Notes: generated by a model from the letters alone, not told the origin. 63,815 bases of DNA, filler included, from Octopus bimaculoides (GCF_001194135.2; 7 parts of 7 records of this genome joined end to end with filler, not necessarily neighbours in it); one strand, 5' to 3'; counted from the first letter of the whole stretch, positions 41,391-54,620 are shown. Program-made: numbers and translations.

Positions 41391-42224
41391 ATGTCGTTTT
41401 TTGAAGACTAGGTGTTGTTTGTGGGATATTTTGCTGCTATTTGTATCTCTCGTCGCAATTATCTTATTCCTTCCTATTTAAGTGTACAATGACAGAAACT
41501 GTAGTTTTCTGATAAAAAAAGAGAGGATGAAGTTAATTTCATGTTTATTCTACTGTCGGTCTTTTAATACTTTACAACGGTTCGTGACGTGGCTAAAGAT
41601 TTTAAGTAGATCTATATGAAGTAGTTTTTCCATCTTTAACTCGTTTGCGCATACACTTAATTTGATTCTCGTATTCTTTGATGTAGATAGCTTTCTTTTA
41701 AGAAATTAGTCATCAATTAGATAAAACGTTTTCTAAGATATTCCTTTGAAATTATTTTCTTTAAAACAGGCAGAAAGCTTAGACATTTCTTTGAAGAATT
41801 TTCCTATCTTAAGATGTTGGTATTTCAGCAAGAAACAGAATATTCAGTCGAGGATTATGTAATAACATGTAGCATTATGAAACATTCACTTCTGACGCTT
41901 TTATACAATTAAATTCTCTAATCTTAACAACCATGTCACGACTCAAGAATGCAACTGAATATTCTTCATGTTCGACGTTTAATTATAGTTCCACAATTTT
42001 CAGTTGATTGAATTCTCACGAGTGACAGCCATTTAGTAGTAATAGTGATGGTGGTAATGCAGAAGTAGTGGTAATGGTGTTGATAGGGATTCAGCAGCAG
42101 TGATGTGAAATTTAGAGTGATGGTAGTGGTGGTGATGATAACCGTGATTTAATGGTTGAGTTGATAGTTATAATGTTGATTTAAAAGTTCTTATAACTGG
42201 GACTTAAGTACCCCAACTTTAGTG

Positions 42225-42660
42225 TCTTACAGCTTGAATTATACACCACCTTCTACAGTGTCATATATATGCCACTACACTGTTGTATTTTACAGTCGGA
42301 ATTATACACCTCTCTATAGTGTCTTTTAGTTGTTTTATTGTTCTGATTTATACACCCTGTAGTGCAGTGTTTCTCAGCCGTTTTGTCCCACGTTCCACTT
42401 TGATCTTCCAATAACTTTGTGCTCCACCATAAACGGTCAACGTATACAGCCTATATATTCAAGGTTTTAATAAAAAAAAGATTATTTATTTACATCTAAC
42501 TTACACCTCATTATGATCCCACCAAAATATTGTCACAACTCGCCAATGAGCCGTGCTACCCACCCTGAGAAACACCACCGTAGTTTCTTACAGTCGCGAT
42601 TTATAAGCACCACCAAACTTTAATAACTTACAGCTGTGACTTCTATACCACCAGCCTGTA
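42225..42660. repeat. Degenerate tandem repeat (TTACAG..(G)AATTATACACC core)
   Basis: Core recurs at ~42228, 42290, 42340, 42588 and 42628; interrupted by a hAT-like MITE. Confidence 0.5.
42365..42577. mobile_element. 213-bp hAT-like MITE
   Basis: Ends CAGTGTTTCTCAG / CTGAGAAACACCA; flanking 8-mers CTGTAGTG and CCGTAGTT (6/8) fit a decayed 8-bp TSD. Confidence 0.6.
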
Positions 42661-44425
42661 GTACCTTACTTGAGACTTGTGAAGTCTCATTTATTGAACT
42701 ATCATCTACTACACCAACGTTCTAAGTACTTACCAGACCTGTCTGAAAGTGGTACCCAAATTTCCTCTCAATTCTGACTTTATTCACTTAGGATACATAC
42801 AGGATAATGCAAACAGAAAAATAGATGGGATCGTCGGACAGATTTACTTTGATCGTTCCGATTTCGTTTCGGTAGCGACGCAAGTATGCGGCATTGATAA
42901 GCTGCAAGACAGCGAAATACGGTATCTGCTACTCTAATGTTTACTTCTTCGATGATTTCCTTGTATTCTTTAACACTAAGGGAGTTTTTTCCGGACGAAA
43001 ACATNNNNNNNNNNGCGTTCAAACAACACATGTAGGTTAAATATGTGGTGTTGATAATGCTTACATTACAAAGCTGCATCTACTGCAAAATTTCAATTTT
43101 ATACACAATCTCTATATACTTCAGGCAAGAGATTCCGATTTATTTCAGAATTGACTCGGGTGTGCAGCATTTGTAAGTCGCAAATACGGTGAAATACGGT
43201 ATCTTGATCCCTTTAGGGCTAATTTCGTTTCAACTCGTATATTATGTTTTTTGGCACCTTAAGTTTTAAAGAGATTTTTCCCGGACTAAATCCCGTAACC
43301 TCAGACGTTTAACAGCACACGTACATTATGTGATATATATATAATCTCTCACTATCATATATATATATATATATATATATATANNNNNNNNNNNNNNNNN
43401 NNNNNNNNNNNNNNNNNNNNNNNNNNNTTAATTAATTAANNNNNNNNNNNNNNNNNNNNNNNNNNNNNNNNNNNNNNNNNNNNATATATGTATATATATA
43501 TATACGTAAACACACACAGACGCAAAATATATCCATACTATATATGGAAACTGAGAGGGATAGGAAATAGATAGGTAGTTATGGATATGTTTGCATATAT
43601 ATATGTGTGTGTATGAAAACACAGATACGTGTATGGGTTATACTTTGTGTGAGAGTCTAATGTTGTTTGCAGTATGCGCACATCGATGTGTATCAGTGTA
43701 TGATAGTGTATGCAAATGTTCAGGAAAAGGCTTTTATTCACGTATGTGGATGTGTTTTGTTTCTGTTTGCGTGTTTATATATCGTTATGAATAATTTTAC
43801 GCTTAAGTTCATTTCGATACAGTTTTATGTATATCGAACTTTTGTGCGTCACTAGGACATTTTTATTGTTATTTTAACAAAATCAAGAATTATGTCGATT
43901 ATAAAATATTTCAAAGTGTGTATTTAACTTTATCGTTCCCCCAAAACGATGTTAAATCAAATCAAAAATTTACAACAATGCTACAAGAGAGAATTTTTCA
44001 GCTTGCCAAGAATATATATTTTATTGTTTGTCATTTATACAGTTGGCAAGTGATAAAATAGCTGTGCAAGATATAAACACAAGTTAACGGTAAGATAACA
44101 CACCGAATAACAGATTATATACTAGGAAAGCTTTCATAGCCAAATCTGGGACGTGTGCAAGCAAATCTAATACATGATGTATTTATAATATAATACTGAG
44201 CTTGCAGAACCTTATACTAATGCAAATACATTCTATATTCAAGACTTAAAAATTATTATTAACATTCTACATATACACATATGCATACAGACATATATAT
44301 NNNNNNNNNNCATGTATAGATATTAAACCTTTAGTTTAATGTTATATTGCTTTATATATATTTCACGTAAGAACAAACATAGATCACTCTCTTCTCTCTG
44401 TCTCCCTCTCCCCGCCTCTCCCTTT

Positions 44426-44462
<37 letters not shown>

Positions 44463-45566
44463 ATGATGTCTATAATGTTACATAGCCTTTTATCAGAGCT
44501 AGAATATTTCTAATAAATAAAGTATTCACAAACACCTATACAGCCAGATACCACACACACTCATACACACGCACAAACACACACACACACACACATGCCC
44601 ATATATACTTCTATAAACCCATGCGAACAGCTCTTGATCCTGAAAATGTGTCTACGAATCTCTTGAAATGTTGATATGCGATTTAGTAACTTTACTGTTC
44701 TACACAAACAGGAAGGGACTCAGATGAAAATAGGAAAATGCATCATAAAATGCGGCACTACTAGGGAACTGCCGTTGTAATCATATAGATTTCAAATCTC
44801 TAAAAGGACATGTTCCCTTGTTTTTAGATACTCATATAAACATTATATGTGGACATATATTATAATGGGGGAGGCCGGTTTATGGGGTCAACCTGAGTTT
44901 CCCGTCTATAAGGCGTTTGACATTACGGCGTATCGTCAGACCTTAAATCTATTGGCCTGAGACCCCTTCAAGATATGGAGAGGGAAATGCCTTGCTGGGA
45001 AGGTAAACAATAGGTGATTATCTTCCTTCGCCATTGTCTATCGAGTTCCGGCCACGACGCCATCTTGCGGTCATCAAAAATCACGAAGGTAAAAGATTGT
45101 CTCCCTTCGGCCTTGGCAATTGGCTTCCGGCTGTGCCGTCACATTGCGGATACCAAAACGCTAGCAGGAATCTTCCAAAATGTAAACATGGTCGGAAAAT
45201 CTCCATATATATATATATATATGTAAATATATATATATATATNNNNNNNNNNNNNNNNNNNNNNNNNNNNNNNNNNNNNNNNNNNNNNNNNNNNNNNNNN
45301 NNNNNNNNNNNNNNNNNNNNNNNNNNNNNNNNNNNNNNNNNNNNNNNNNNNNNNNNNNNNNNNNNNNNNNNNNNNNNNNNNNNNNNNNNNNNNNNNNNNN
45401 NNNNNNNNNNNNNNNNNNNNNNNNNNNNNNNNNNNNNNNNNNNNNNNNNNNNNNNNNNNNNNNNNNNNNNNNNNNNNNNNNNNNNNNNNNNNNNNNNNNN
45501 NNNNNNNNNNNNNNNNNNNNNNNNNNNNNNNNNNNNNNNNNNNNNNNNNNNNNNNNNNNNNNNNNN

Positions 45567-45607
<41 letters not shown>

Positions 45608-46488
45608 CTTAAATTTCACTTCTTTTATGAATCATTTTATATATTTTCGTATAATTTGTTTTGCAGTTTGAACTGAACATTAAAGTTACTAAATCACTCA
45701 ATAACGTTTCAATACCTTCATCGGCTGATTTTCAGGACGAAATGATGGTCGCAATGGTTCTTCACTGTTATATATTAGAAAAGACTAATGTGACTGCTGC
45801 AGGGATTACCACCAGAGATGATATCTCATGGTAACGTCATTTCTTCACGTCATTTCTCAGTTGCTTATGTATTTATGAATTTAGTTTATATAATGGTATT
45901 TGTTGTTTGTGTGTTCACTGAGGCATTGTGCACTGCAGTGAATATTTCTCCTATATTTAATCGATTATTCTTGTGGGAAATTTTATGTATTTGATACATT
46001 GGCCTATAGTAATTTCTTTTACGTTTTGTGTTGTGTTGTATGGTGCATGGGAAATGGACCTTGTGAATGGCGATGTCAAAGAGCATAGTGAAACACTAAG
46101 AGAATGTCGTTCTGTTATGGTCTGTTAGCGTCATGCAATTTACAACTTTCACCTTTGCAATCGAATTTATTATTCACTATTATTCACCATTGATCATTAG
46201 TAGCTTCTTGGTAGGCTGCACAAAGTGCTCATGGTTTGTGGCAGAAAAGAAACTTTTTAATTTTAGTGCTATTGCGGTATATTATTATTATTAGAGTTAA
46301 TTTATCCTTTGTGATATTACCTTTGTGTTGTTTCGTGATGTTTATGATTAAAAGTTCTATTATTCCGTGCTAAGCTTGCATTTGATTCACGCGATACACT
46401 CTATGTGTGGTTCGTGCATATTCAGTTGAGTCATATCTGACATATATTTCCTCTTGTATACTTTCATCCTATAATAATCTCTTACTTA

Positions 46489-46720
46489 GGGCGGCAAGCT
46501 GGCAAAATCATTAGCAAGCCGGGCGAAATGTTTAGCGGTATTTCGTCTGCAGTTACATCCTGACTTCAAATTCCGCTGAAGTCGACTTTGCCTTTCATCT
46601 TTAGGGGTCTATTAAATAAGTACCAGTTACGCACTGGAGTCAATATAATCGACTTAATCCCTTTATCTGTCGTTTATCCCCTCTATGTTTAGCCCCCTGT
46701 GGACAATAAAGAAATAAATA
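46489..46720 (+). mobile_element. SINE family C, full length
   Basis: GGGCGGCAAGCTGGCAAAATCATTAGC head, GACTTCAAATTCC B-box-like, tail ending CAATAAAGAAAT. Confidence 0.88.
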
Positions 46721-46789
46721 TTCTCTTAATTAGTTCATTAATTGTATTGTATGTTCGATGTTTTATTCTGTGGAGTTGTTTATTAAAAT

Positions 46790-46960
46790 GTGGCTGTGTG
46801 GTAAGGAGGTTGCTTCTTAACCACATGGTTGTGGATTCAGTCCCACTACCCACCACTACGTGACATCTTAGGCAAGTGTCTTGTCATTTAGTCTCGGGAC
46901 GATCAAAGCCATGTGAATGGATCTCATGAACAGAAACTGGAAGAATATCGTCGTCGTCCA
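46790..46960 (+). mobile_element. SINE family A 5' part
   Basis: GTGGCTGTGTGGTAAG..AACCACATGGTT..GGATTCAGTCCC..GACATCTTAGGCAAGTGTC. Confidence 0.8.
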
Positions 46961-48416
46961 CCTTCAGAAGTCACCATGCTATCCAGTTGTAGTATTGTGC
47001 GTACTTCCTGGTTTGTGTTTGGTCTTCTGTCATGTGTGAATAGATAATTGAAAAAATTTGAAGTGAACAAGAAGGAGTACGGTTGGGCATTTACCTTCAA
47101 TCACTACAATTGTTTCTACGCAGCGTAGTTCTCCAGCTGTGCAGGTACTTGATTATACAACCGTTTCCCTCCATTATGAGATCTAGTTGTGTTTCCTCAA
47201 GCGATATGTACATATTATCTCCGTAAGTTCAAACTCTCGGCTTCAAGAGAATCATCTCTGCCTGTTGTGACCTGGAGTTAGTAGTTGCCACTGAGTTTAA
47301 CAACGTGTGTTGTTGCTGAAGTACTGTTGGCTAAAGGCAATCGCATGTGTATCCAACCATGAAAAACAAATCAACAGTACAAAGATATCAAATGCCAATC
47401 CCTTTAAAACAACAACCACTGCAACAGTAGCAGAATCACCATTCCATTACATCTAGGCACTCAAAACAGTTTGCCAACTATTGTATATTTCTGCCTTAGT
47501 ATTATTTCCTTGCTATCTTACTGTAGCCACATAGAATGCCGCGAACACGAGCGTTAAATGAGATCACATGCCTTTAGTAAATGCACATTTTTCTTACATA
47601 ATTTCCCTTATCGGTACTGAAAGAGAATTTCTGTTATAAGCACAACAGTTATTGCATCAGTATGTTTGTTGCTATAATGGATGGCTATATATTCTTGAAT
47701 GTTTTGCGTATATCGTCCAACAATGATATAGTACATGCAGTTTATCAGCGTTTGCAAACGTGATATTATGATTTTAATACATGTTGTTAAGAGTGTTTTA
47801 ATACATAAATAACTACACAAGATGCGGGAGACAAGACGTAGTCTCTCCCCCAGCTAGAAATACTAACCAAATATAATACAAAAACATCATGGTGCTTTAC
47901 AGAAAAGCAAGAATTCAATAGCGTAGGCTTCGATAGGATATACTTGGAAAACTGACAGGAGTATTTCGGGTAGTTCTACTATATAATGATTGTTTCGTAA
48001 TAACCAACTACAAAACTGCAGCAACAATTGCCAAAGAATATTGCTGAACATTTTTTGCCGATTAAATATGAAGGTATTCCGTTTTAGAACGGTATGACGA
48101 TAAACTGGTTCCACCTCAGTAAAAATCCTTATTGTCTTGTTATTTTTACCAGATTATTATAAAGGAAATATATTTAACTAAGAGATAAATAAACCAAACA
48201 CTGCGATTTAAAATCGCAACCATAATTCTAGCCGAAATATTCAAATATGCTATGATCGTCAAACATAATTCATGAATATATTTTAATGTTATATTTGAAG
48301 CTATGCAACTCATAAATCTATAGTGGAAACATTTCTCTACCATCTCACCGCCAATAATTTCTTCCTCACATTTATATGTGTCTATATATGTGGTAGGGTA
48401 TTGATGTATCTGTATC

Positions 48417-48467
<51 letters not shown>

Positions 48468-48709
48468 NNNNNNNNNNNNNNNNNNNNNNNNNNNNNNNNN
48501 NNNNNNNNNNNTTAATTAATTAANNNNNNNNNNNNNNNNNNNNNNNNNNNNNNNNNNNNNNNNNNNNAGTACAGCAGGGTTCACCACTACCCCCTACCGG
48601 AGCCTCCAATTTAATCACACATGCATAAATATAAACACACATTCATACTCACACATACAGCCAAATAAACATATCAACTCACAGAATATTGCATACATAT
48701 ATGTGTATA

Positions 48710-49520
48710 TCTACCCTCCGGATAAGTTTGACTTTATTTATGTCTCCTTTTGTCAGGAACAGCTTAATGTATATAGTCAACGGCATTGGAGACAATAAAG
48801 AGTGAATTTGTAGTTGAGAAAAAAGTAGCTAGTATGGAGGAATGGAAGCCATCTGAATATTGGAAGAGAGTTACCTCTACCATGATGAGTTGTATGTGTT
48901 GACAGCTGCAACACAGACTACAAAGCTGTAGCCAGCAGGATGTGACACAGCAGGCATTCAGAATGTGTCAGCATCATAGAATTCATACCCACATCTTTGA
49001 GCAGAGCATTAAGCTACTTTCAGACAACTACATGAAGCTGGTGGAAATTGTGGTGAAATCCTGGCTGGAGAGAGTTGCTGCTAGAAGGCCATATATGTGT
49101 GACAGAAGGATTCTGCTCCTTGCCATAAACTCTGGAAAGAGTCAGAAGTGAGTTTCTGGAAAATTTCTACAGCTTCGCAGGCCCCAATTTCTGGCCACCT
49201 AATTCCCACATTTGTAATCCCATGGATTATTGTATGTGAAGCACTGTTGAGAAAAACACCAACAGCTCTGCCTGAAATTCCAAGGTAGAACTGATCACCA
49301 AGATCTTCCACGGGAAACAATGAGGAACGCATGCACCTGGTTCCAGAGCCATCTGAATATGCTGGTGGAAGCTGAGGATGGCTACTTTCAGTAAACTGTT
49401 GTCTCCCACCTATAAGCAAAATGATGTTTTTGATGTTTTGAAATATTTTAATTCTTGAGTGGAATATCCTGTTTTCTTTTCCATTTATGCAAAGTGTCAA
49501 TTTTAGCTTCAACACCTTAT
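48710..49520 (+). mobile_element. Tc1/mariner-superfamily (maT/DD37D-like) deletion derivative
   Basis: Frameshifted VVKSWLERVAARRPY, QKDSAPCH, NFWPPNSHICNPMDY, MRNAC..FQSHL..LVEAEDGYF, matching the transposase catalytic C-terminus; TIRs only weakly recognisable. Confidence 0.65.
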
Positions 49521-51429
49521 GAATATATTATATATACACACATATATAGTGAAGAACAACGAGAAAATAAAGAATCAAAGGATGTAATTATTGATTTATG
49601 CGCATGTTATAAAACAGATGATGTTTTGTTAAAAAACATTACAAATAAACGGATTGATAGGAAGTTGAAAGCTCAAAAAATTAAGATAAAATCAGAAAAA
49701 AGAACCGACATATATGTTTCAATTGAACCATCTAGATGATGGGAATCTCCAAGCAAATTAACACCAAGGAAGTTGTCACATTCAGAACTATATTATGGTA
49801 GGACTTCTTCAGGGTTCAAAAAAGAGCTAATGCAATTTAAGTGATCATTTTATCTTTTGAGTGTATAGTATTAGTGGGTTAAAATTAAAAGCAATGTATT
49901 CAGATTTAATATGATTGGTAGGTTTTGAATATTGATAGTTAGAACATCAAAACATATAACAAAGTGAAATAAAATAAAATACAAAAATCAAGATGCAATG
50001 AATTAAATATAAGAAAGAACATATATAAGACTGAACAGATACAGCACGGAATTTTGTTAGTTGAGGGGTCACAGTTTCAAAGCCATGAAAATATTTTGAC
50101 AAATTCAATTTAAATGTTGAAGTGAATCTAGTGGTTATTGTGTTTTTTTGAAATGGCTTATAAACACCTTCCACACTTCAATTGTTTGTGTGTGTGCATG
50201 TGTGTGTGTGTGTGTGCATGTATGTGTGTATTGTTTTCACTGTTTAGTTTTCCTGTATTGGTTTTTGTTTGCTACTTTAGAATCTTCCGCATAGCAGGTT
50301 TAATCTGCTTTGCAGGAAGAGCTATTCTAAGAGCGCGTTCTGCCTCATCTTCGAAACGCCTAGTTTAGAATAGAGGCAGCTGATGAAGGAAAAGTTCCAT
50401 ATGTGGCTTGTCTGTTTTCCTATGTGTTCATTCTGTTGTCCATAAAGAAGTCTGTTTTTTTGTGCTTTATGTTCCCGTTCCTTTTTTGTCCACGTTTTTT
50501 TGATGTACTGTACCCGGATATGCATCTATATATACATGTAGATGTAGGTATGTACATATATGTATGCATATATGCATATGCTCACATACCATATGTATAT
50601 ATATATATATATNNNNNNNNNNNNNNNNNNNNNNNNNNNNNNNNNNNNNNNNNNNNNNNNNNNNNNNNNNNNNNNNNNNNNNNNNNNNNNNNNNNNNNNN
50701 NNNNNNNNNNNNNNNNNNNNNNNNNNNNNNNNNNNNNNNNNNNNNNNNNNNNNNNNNNNNNNNNNNNNNNNNNNNNNNNNNNNNNNNNNNNNNNNNNNNN
50801 NNNNNNNNNNNNNNNNNNNNNNNNNNNNNNNNNNNNNNNNNNNNNNNNNNNNNNNNNNNNNNNNNNNNNNNNNNNNNNNNNNNNNNNNNNNNNNNNNNNN
50901 NNNNNNNNNNNNNNNNNNNNNNNNNNNNNNNNNNNNNNNNNNNNNNNNNNNNNNNNNNNNNNNNNNNNNNNNNNNNNNNNNNNNNNNNNNNNNNNNNNNN
51001 NNNNNNNNNNNNNNNNNNNNNNNNNNNNNNNNNNNNNNNNNNNNNNNNNNNNNNNNNNNNNNNNNNNNNNNNNNNNNNNNNNNNNNNNNNNNNNNNNNNN
51101 NNNNNNNNNNNNNNNNNNNNNNNNNNNNNNNNNNNNNNNNNNNNNNNNNNNNNNNNNNNNNNNNNNNNNNNNNNNNNNNNNNNNNNNNNNNNNNNNNNNN
51201 NNNNNNNNNNNNNNNNNNNNNNNNNNNNNNNNNNNNNNNNNNNNNNNNNNNNNNNNNNNNNNNNNNNNNNNNNNNNNNNNNNNNNNNNNNNNNNNNNNNN
51301 NNNNNNNNNATATATACATCATAGCTGCATCCTTGTTACGTGAGAACAGCCATTGCCAAAAAGACTTACTGAAATGATTCATTATTGATGCCATGTGATG
51401 CCCTTATTTGACGTTTAAGTCCAGCCAAA

Positions 51430-53217
51430 CTTTTGATGCAATTGACCTTATGGTTTGCAATACTAACTTCAGGAAACCTGCCAATCACCTTGTCACCTAT
51501 CGTTCTGGCAGACACACTAGCCAAATTGACTACATCCTCGCCAGAAAAAGGGAAAGATGGCTGCTTATAAATGACAAAACCTTCCCAGGTGAAGAATGTA
51601 CCCCACAACATAGACTATTAGTTAGTAACTTCAGGATCAGGGCTAAGTGGTGGCCCAGAAGACGACCAGCATGGAGGAGAAGGGTCTGGAAGCTTAAAGA
51701 TCCTGGGAATGGAACGAGATTTAGAGACTTATTACTCGAAGCGTTTGACGAAAAGGAGGGGGATATAGCTTCACAAGATGTAGAAGACAACTGGAGGTTT
51801 CTACTGGACAACCTGCTGAGGCCACTGACCAGATCTGTGGATGGTGCAAAGTCCCCTTGACCCAAAATAACGTGGTGGTGGAACAATGTTGTTGACAGGG
51901 CTATTAGACAAAAGAAACAGGCCTGGAAGGACTGGAAGAACAGTGGTAGCAGGGAATTGTATCAGACTGCCAGAAGGGAAGTTAGGAGACAGGTTTATTT
52001 AGCCAGAGGGGAAGCAGATAAGAAAATATTTGCCAATGTTCTGCGCCGTGAAAACCAAAGACTTGAGATATTTCGTGTTGCAAGGCAGTGTGTGAGAGAA
52101 AATTGTGATGTCGTAGGAGAGAAATGTGTCTGCATGGATGATGGTTCACCTGCACTAAACAAGGCTGCAAAGAGAGAGGTTTGGAGACGCCGCTATGAAA
52201 GGTTGCTCAATAAAGAGAATGAATGGGAGAAAGAGAGTCTGCCAAATGTCGACCCAACAGAGGGACCAGCGATCCGAGTTGACAGTATCATGGTAGATAA
52301 AGCAATTAAGAGTATGAAGATAGGGAAAGCCCCCGGCCCTTCAAGAATCACTGCAGAGATGCTCAAAATATCTGGCAGTGTCGGCTATAGCCTAGTCACC
52401 CGTATTACTAACCAGGTGATACACGAAGGAGTCATACCCAATGACTGGTGTAGCAGCACCATAGTCAACTGCTACAAAGGTAAAGGTGATGCTTTAGATA
52501 CAAATAATTACAGAGGTATCAAGTTGTTAGATCAGGTTATGAAAGTCACGGAGAGGGTCATAGCCCAGCTAATTAGGGAGCGAATCAATTTAGATGAGAT
52601 GCAGTTTGGGTTCGTGCCAGGTAAAAGTACCACTGAAGCTATATTTCTGATAAGACAGCTGCAGGAGAAATACCTAGCCAAGGATAAACCTCTGTACCTG
52701 GCCTTCATTGACATGGAGAAAGCCTTTGACAGGGTCCCCCGATCCTTTATCTGGTGGTCAATGAGGAAACTTGGGATAGAAGAATGGTTAGTGAGAGCTG
52801 TGCGAACCATGTACAGAGACGCTGTCAGTAAGGTCAGGGTTGGTAACGAGTACAGTGAAGAATTCCGGGTAGAGGTAGGGGTCGACCAAGGATCCGTCCT
52901 CAGCCCCCTCCTATTTATCATAGTCCTCCAGGCAATAACAGAGGGATTCAAGACAGGATGCCCCTGGGAGCTCCTCTATGCTGATGACCTTGCGCTAATT
53001 GCTGAGTCACTTTCAGAACAAGAAGAGAAGTTTCAGGTGTGGAAGCAAGGACTAGAATCGAAGGGCCTTAGAGTCAACTTAGCTAAAACCAAAGTCCTAA
53101 TAAGGAAGGTAGACAAAACACAAATCCCTTCAGATAGATGGCCCTGCTCGATCTGTAGAAAAGACATAGGTAGAAACTCTATAAGATGTACCCAGAGTAA
53201 GCTATGGACACATAAGA
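51430..53217 (+). mobile_element. RTE-superclade LINE, truncated at both ends
   Basis: End of APE domain (DLMVCNTNF, SQIDYIL, QHRLLV, VWKLK) and RT; two small frameshifts between EN and RT. Confidence 0.92.
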
Positions 53218-53261
53218 TAAGATTAACTTCATCATCATTATCGTCAAACCAATCTTGGTGA
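51957..53261 (+). CDS. Open reverse transcriptase ORF (434 aa) of the RTE-type LINE
   Basis: KAPGPS, NYRGIKLL, QFGFVPGKST, FIDMEKAFDRV, QGSVLSPLLF, LYADDL, RVNLAKTK, then Cys motif CSIC..C..(S)..W.H; the last ~14 aa come from the adjacent antisense element. Confidence 0.85.
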   Translation: MYQTARREVRRQVYLARGEADKKIFANVLRRENQRLEIFRVARQCVRENCDVVGEKCVCMDDGSPALNKAAKREVWRRRYERLLNKENEWEKESLPNVDPTEGPAIRVDSIMVDKAIKSMKIGKAPGPSRITAEMLKISGSVGYSLVTRITNQVIHEGVIPNDWCSSTIVNCYKGKGDALDTNNYRGIKLLDQVMKVTERVIAQLIRERINLDEMQFGFVPGKSTTEAIFLIRQLQEKYLAKDKPLYLAFIDMEKAFDRVPRSFIWWSMRKLGIEEWLVRAVRTMYRDAVSKVRVGNEYSEEFRVEVGVDQGSVLSPLLFIIVLQAITEGFKTGCPWELLYADDLALIAESLSEQEEKFQVWKQGLESKGLRVNLAKTKVLIRKVDKTQIPSDRWPCSICRKDIGRNSIRCTQSKLWTHKIRLTSSSLSSNQSW

Positions 53262-54620
53262 TTTTTACAACAAAGACAAGAATGTTACTACAAATCTCAT
53301 ATACTCTTTCTTGGAATGATTTCCAGCTTCCATCACAGGACAAATTATTTATCTCACTCATAGACTGACCGAGTCTTCTTAAGTTTATTGACATCAATCC
53401 ATTTAGGTAACTTGTCATTATTTACTCTTAGGCTTAACAACAAAATTCATCCTGTCACACAAAGCCTATGATCAGTCCAGCACTCTGTATCATACATCAC
53501 TTATACAATAGCAAAGTCCCTAGTATCTCGTTTCCTGGTGAGGATGTAATCTATAAGATGCCATTTCTTAGAAACAGGGTGCACTCGTGTCGTTTTATAC
53601 TTATTCTTTAGTTAAAACATTGTATTCATGACACATCCATCTATACGCACATTTTTAACAGTAGTAAACCATTACTGTTGGAACTCCAAACCCCCAGGCT
53701 TTTCTAAGACACCCCAAGTCTTCCAATCTGCACCAACACAAGTATTAAAATCACCCAAAATGACAACTTTATCATCATGGGGGATACTACGTATAATATT
53801 TGTAAGTGATAGATAGATGGTAAGTTTATCATCCACTGATGAATTCATTGTTGCAGAATATGCACTTATGAGTGTTGCATAGTGATATTTTCTTAATGAA
53901 TGTCTTAAAGATATCAAACGATCAAAATGACCACATGGTAGTTCTTCAAGTTTTGAAACCAGAGTGGTTTTGATAGCAGATCCCACTCTCGATTCTCTCT
54001 TATAGGTCTCCTGTCTAACACTCCAAAATAAATGATACCCAGCAGATTTCTCTACGAAATTCCTCTTTCCATGAATTCGCTACAACATCCATATCATATC
54101 ACTGTAATTCTTTTGCAACAAGTGCAGATTTTCTCTTTGGACGAGATTTCAGACAATCACTGTCTAATAACATTCAAACATTCTAACATCCTATATTCAT
54201 AGGCTTGCATCTTAACCTGAATTTACTCAGTTGCAGGATGACAACTGGATCCAGGCTGTGGTGCCCTGGGACACCTGCTAGGCCAGACCACAGAACAAAA
54301 TGTTCCAGAGCCCTTTTTGCCATTTGCTTCATTATCAATATTAGCTTTCATTGTTTAGCTGTGCCTTTTTAAACTTTGACCAGACGTTCTTTTTCTTCTC
54401 CAGCAATCCCTAAACTACAAAGCTTCATCCAAAAAGAAGAGCAAGTTGACATCATTGGATGCATTTGCAGTTTCAGGTTTTATATCAGTGTCCTTCTCCC
54501 AGTCTTTGCCCAACCAAAGGCTAACTACAACACAGCAGTGAAGTATTTAAATTCAGAGTTACTTTCTCCTAGATAGACTGCCTTCGCTATGGCTTGGGTA
54601 AACAGAGGAGCTCTATGCAC
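53218..54620 (-). mobile_element. RTE-BovB-like LINE: 5' UTR and endonuclease, 3'-truncated, decayed
   Basis: VGSAIKTTL, ATLISAYSAT, VVILGDFN.CVG, KWHLIDYIL, TDHRL, HQDWFDDND; 5' limit approximate. Confidence 0.8.

Noticed and set aside
47101-47142. CUGGAGA..GAAA-CAAUUG-UA hammerhead-like motif (minus strand)
   Set aside because: A6 is G and there are two extra bases on each side of the core; may be a decayed Penelope-type motif but does not meet the consensus.
50315-50400. Crossing pairings CTATTCTA/TAGAATAG and CTGCCTC/GAGGCAG next to CTGATGA and GAAAC
   Set aside because: Strand order fits neither a hammerhead permutation nor the HDV-like double pseudoknot (no P3/P4).
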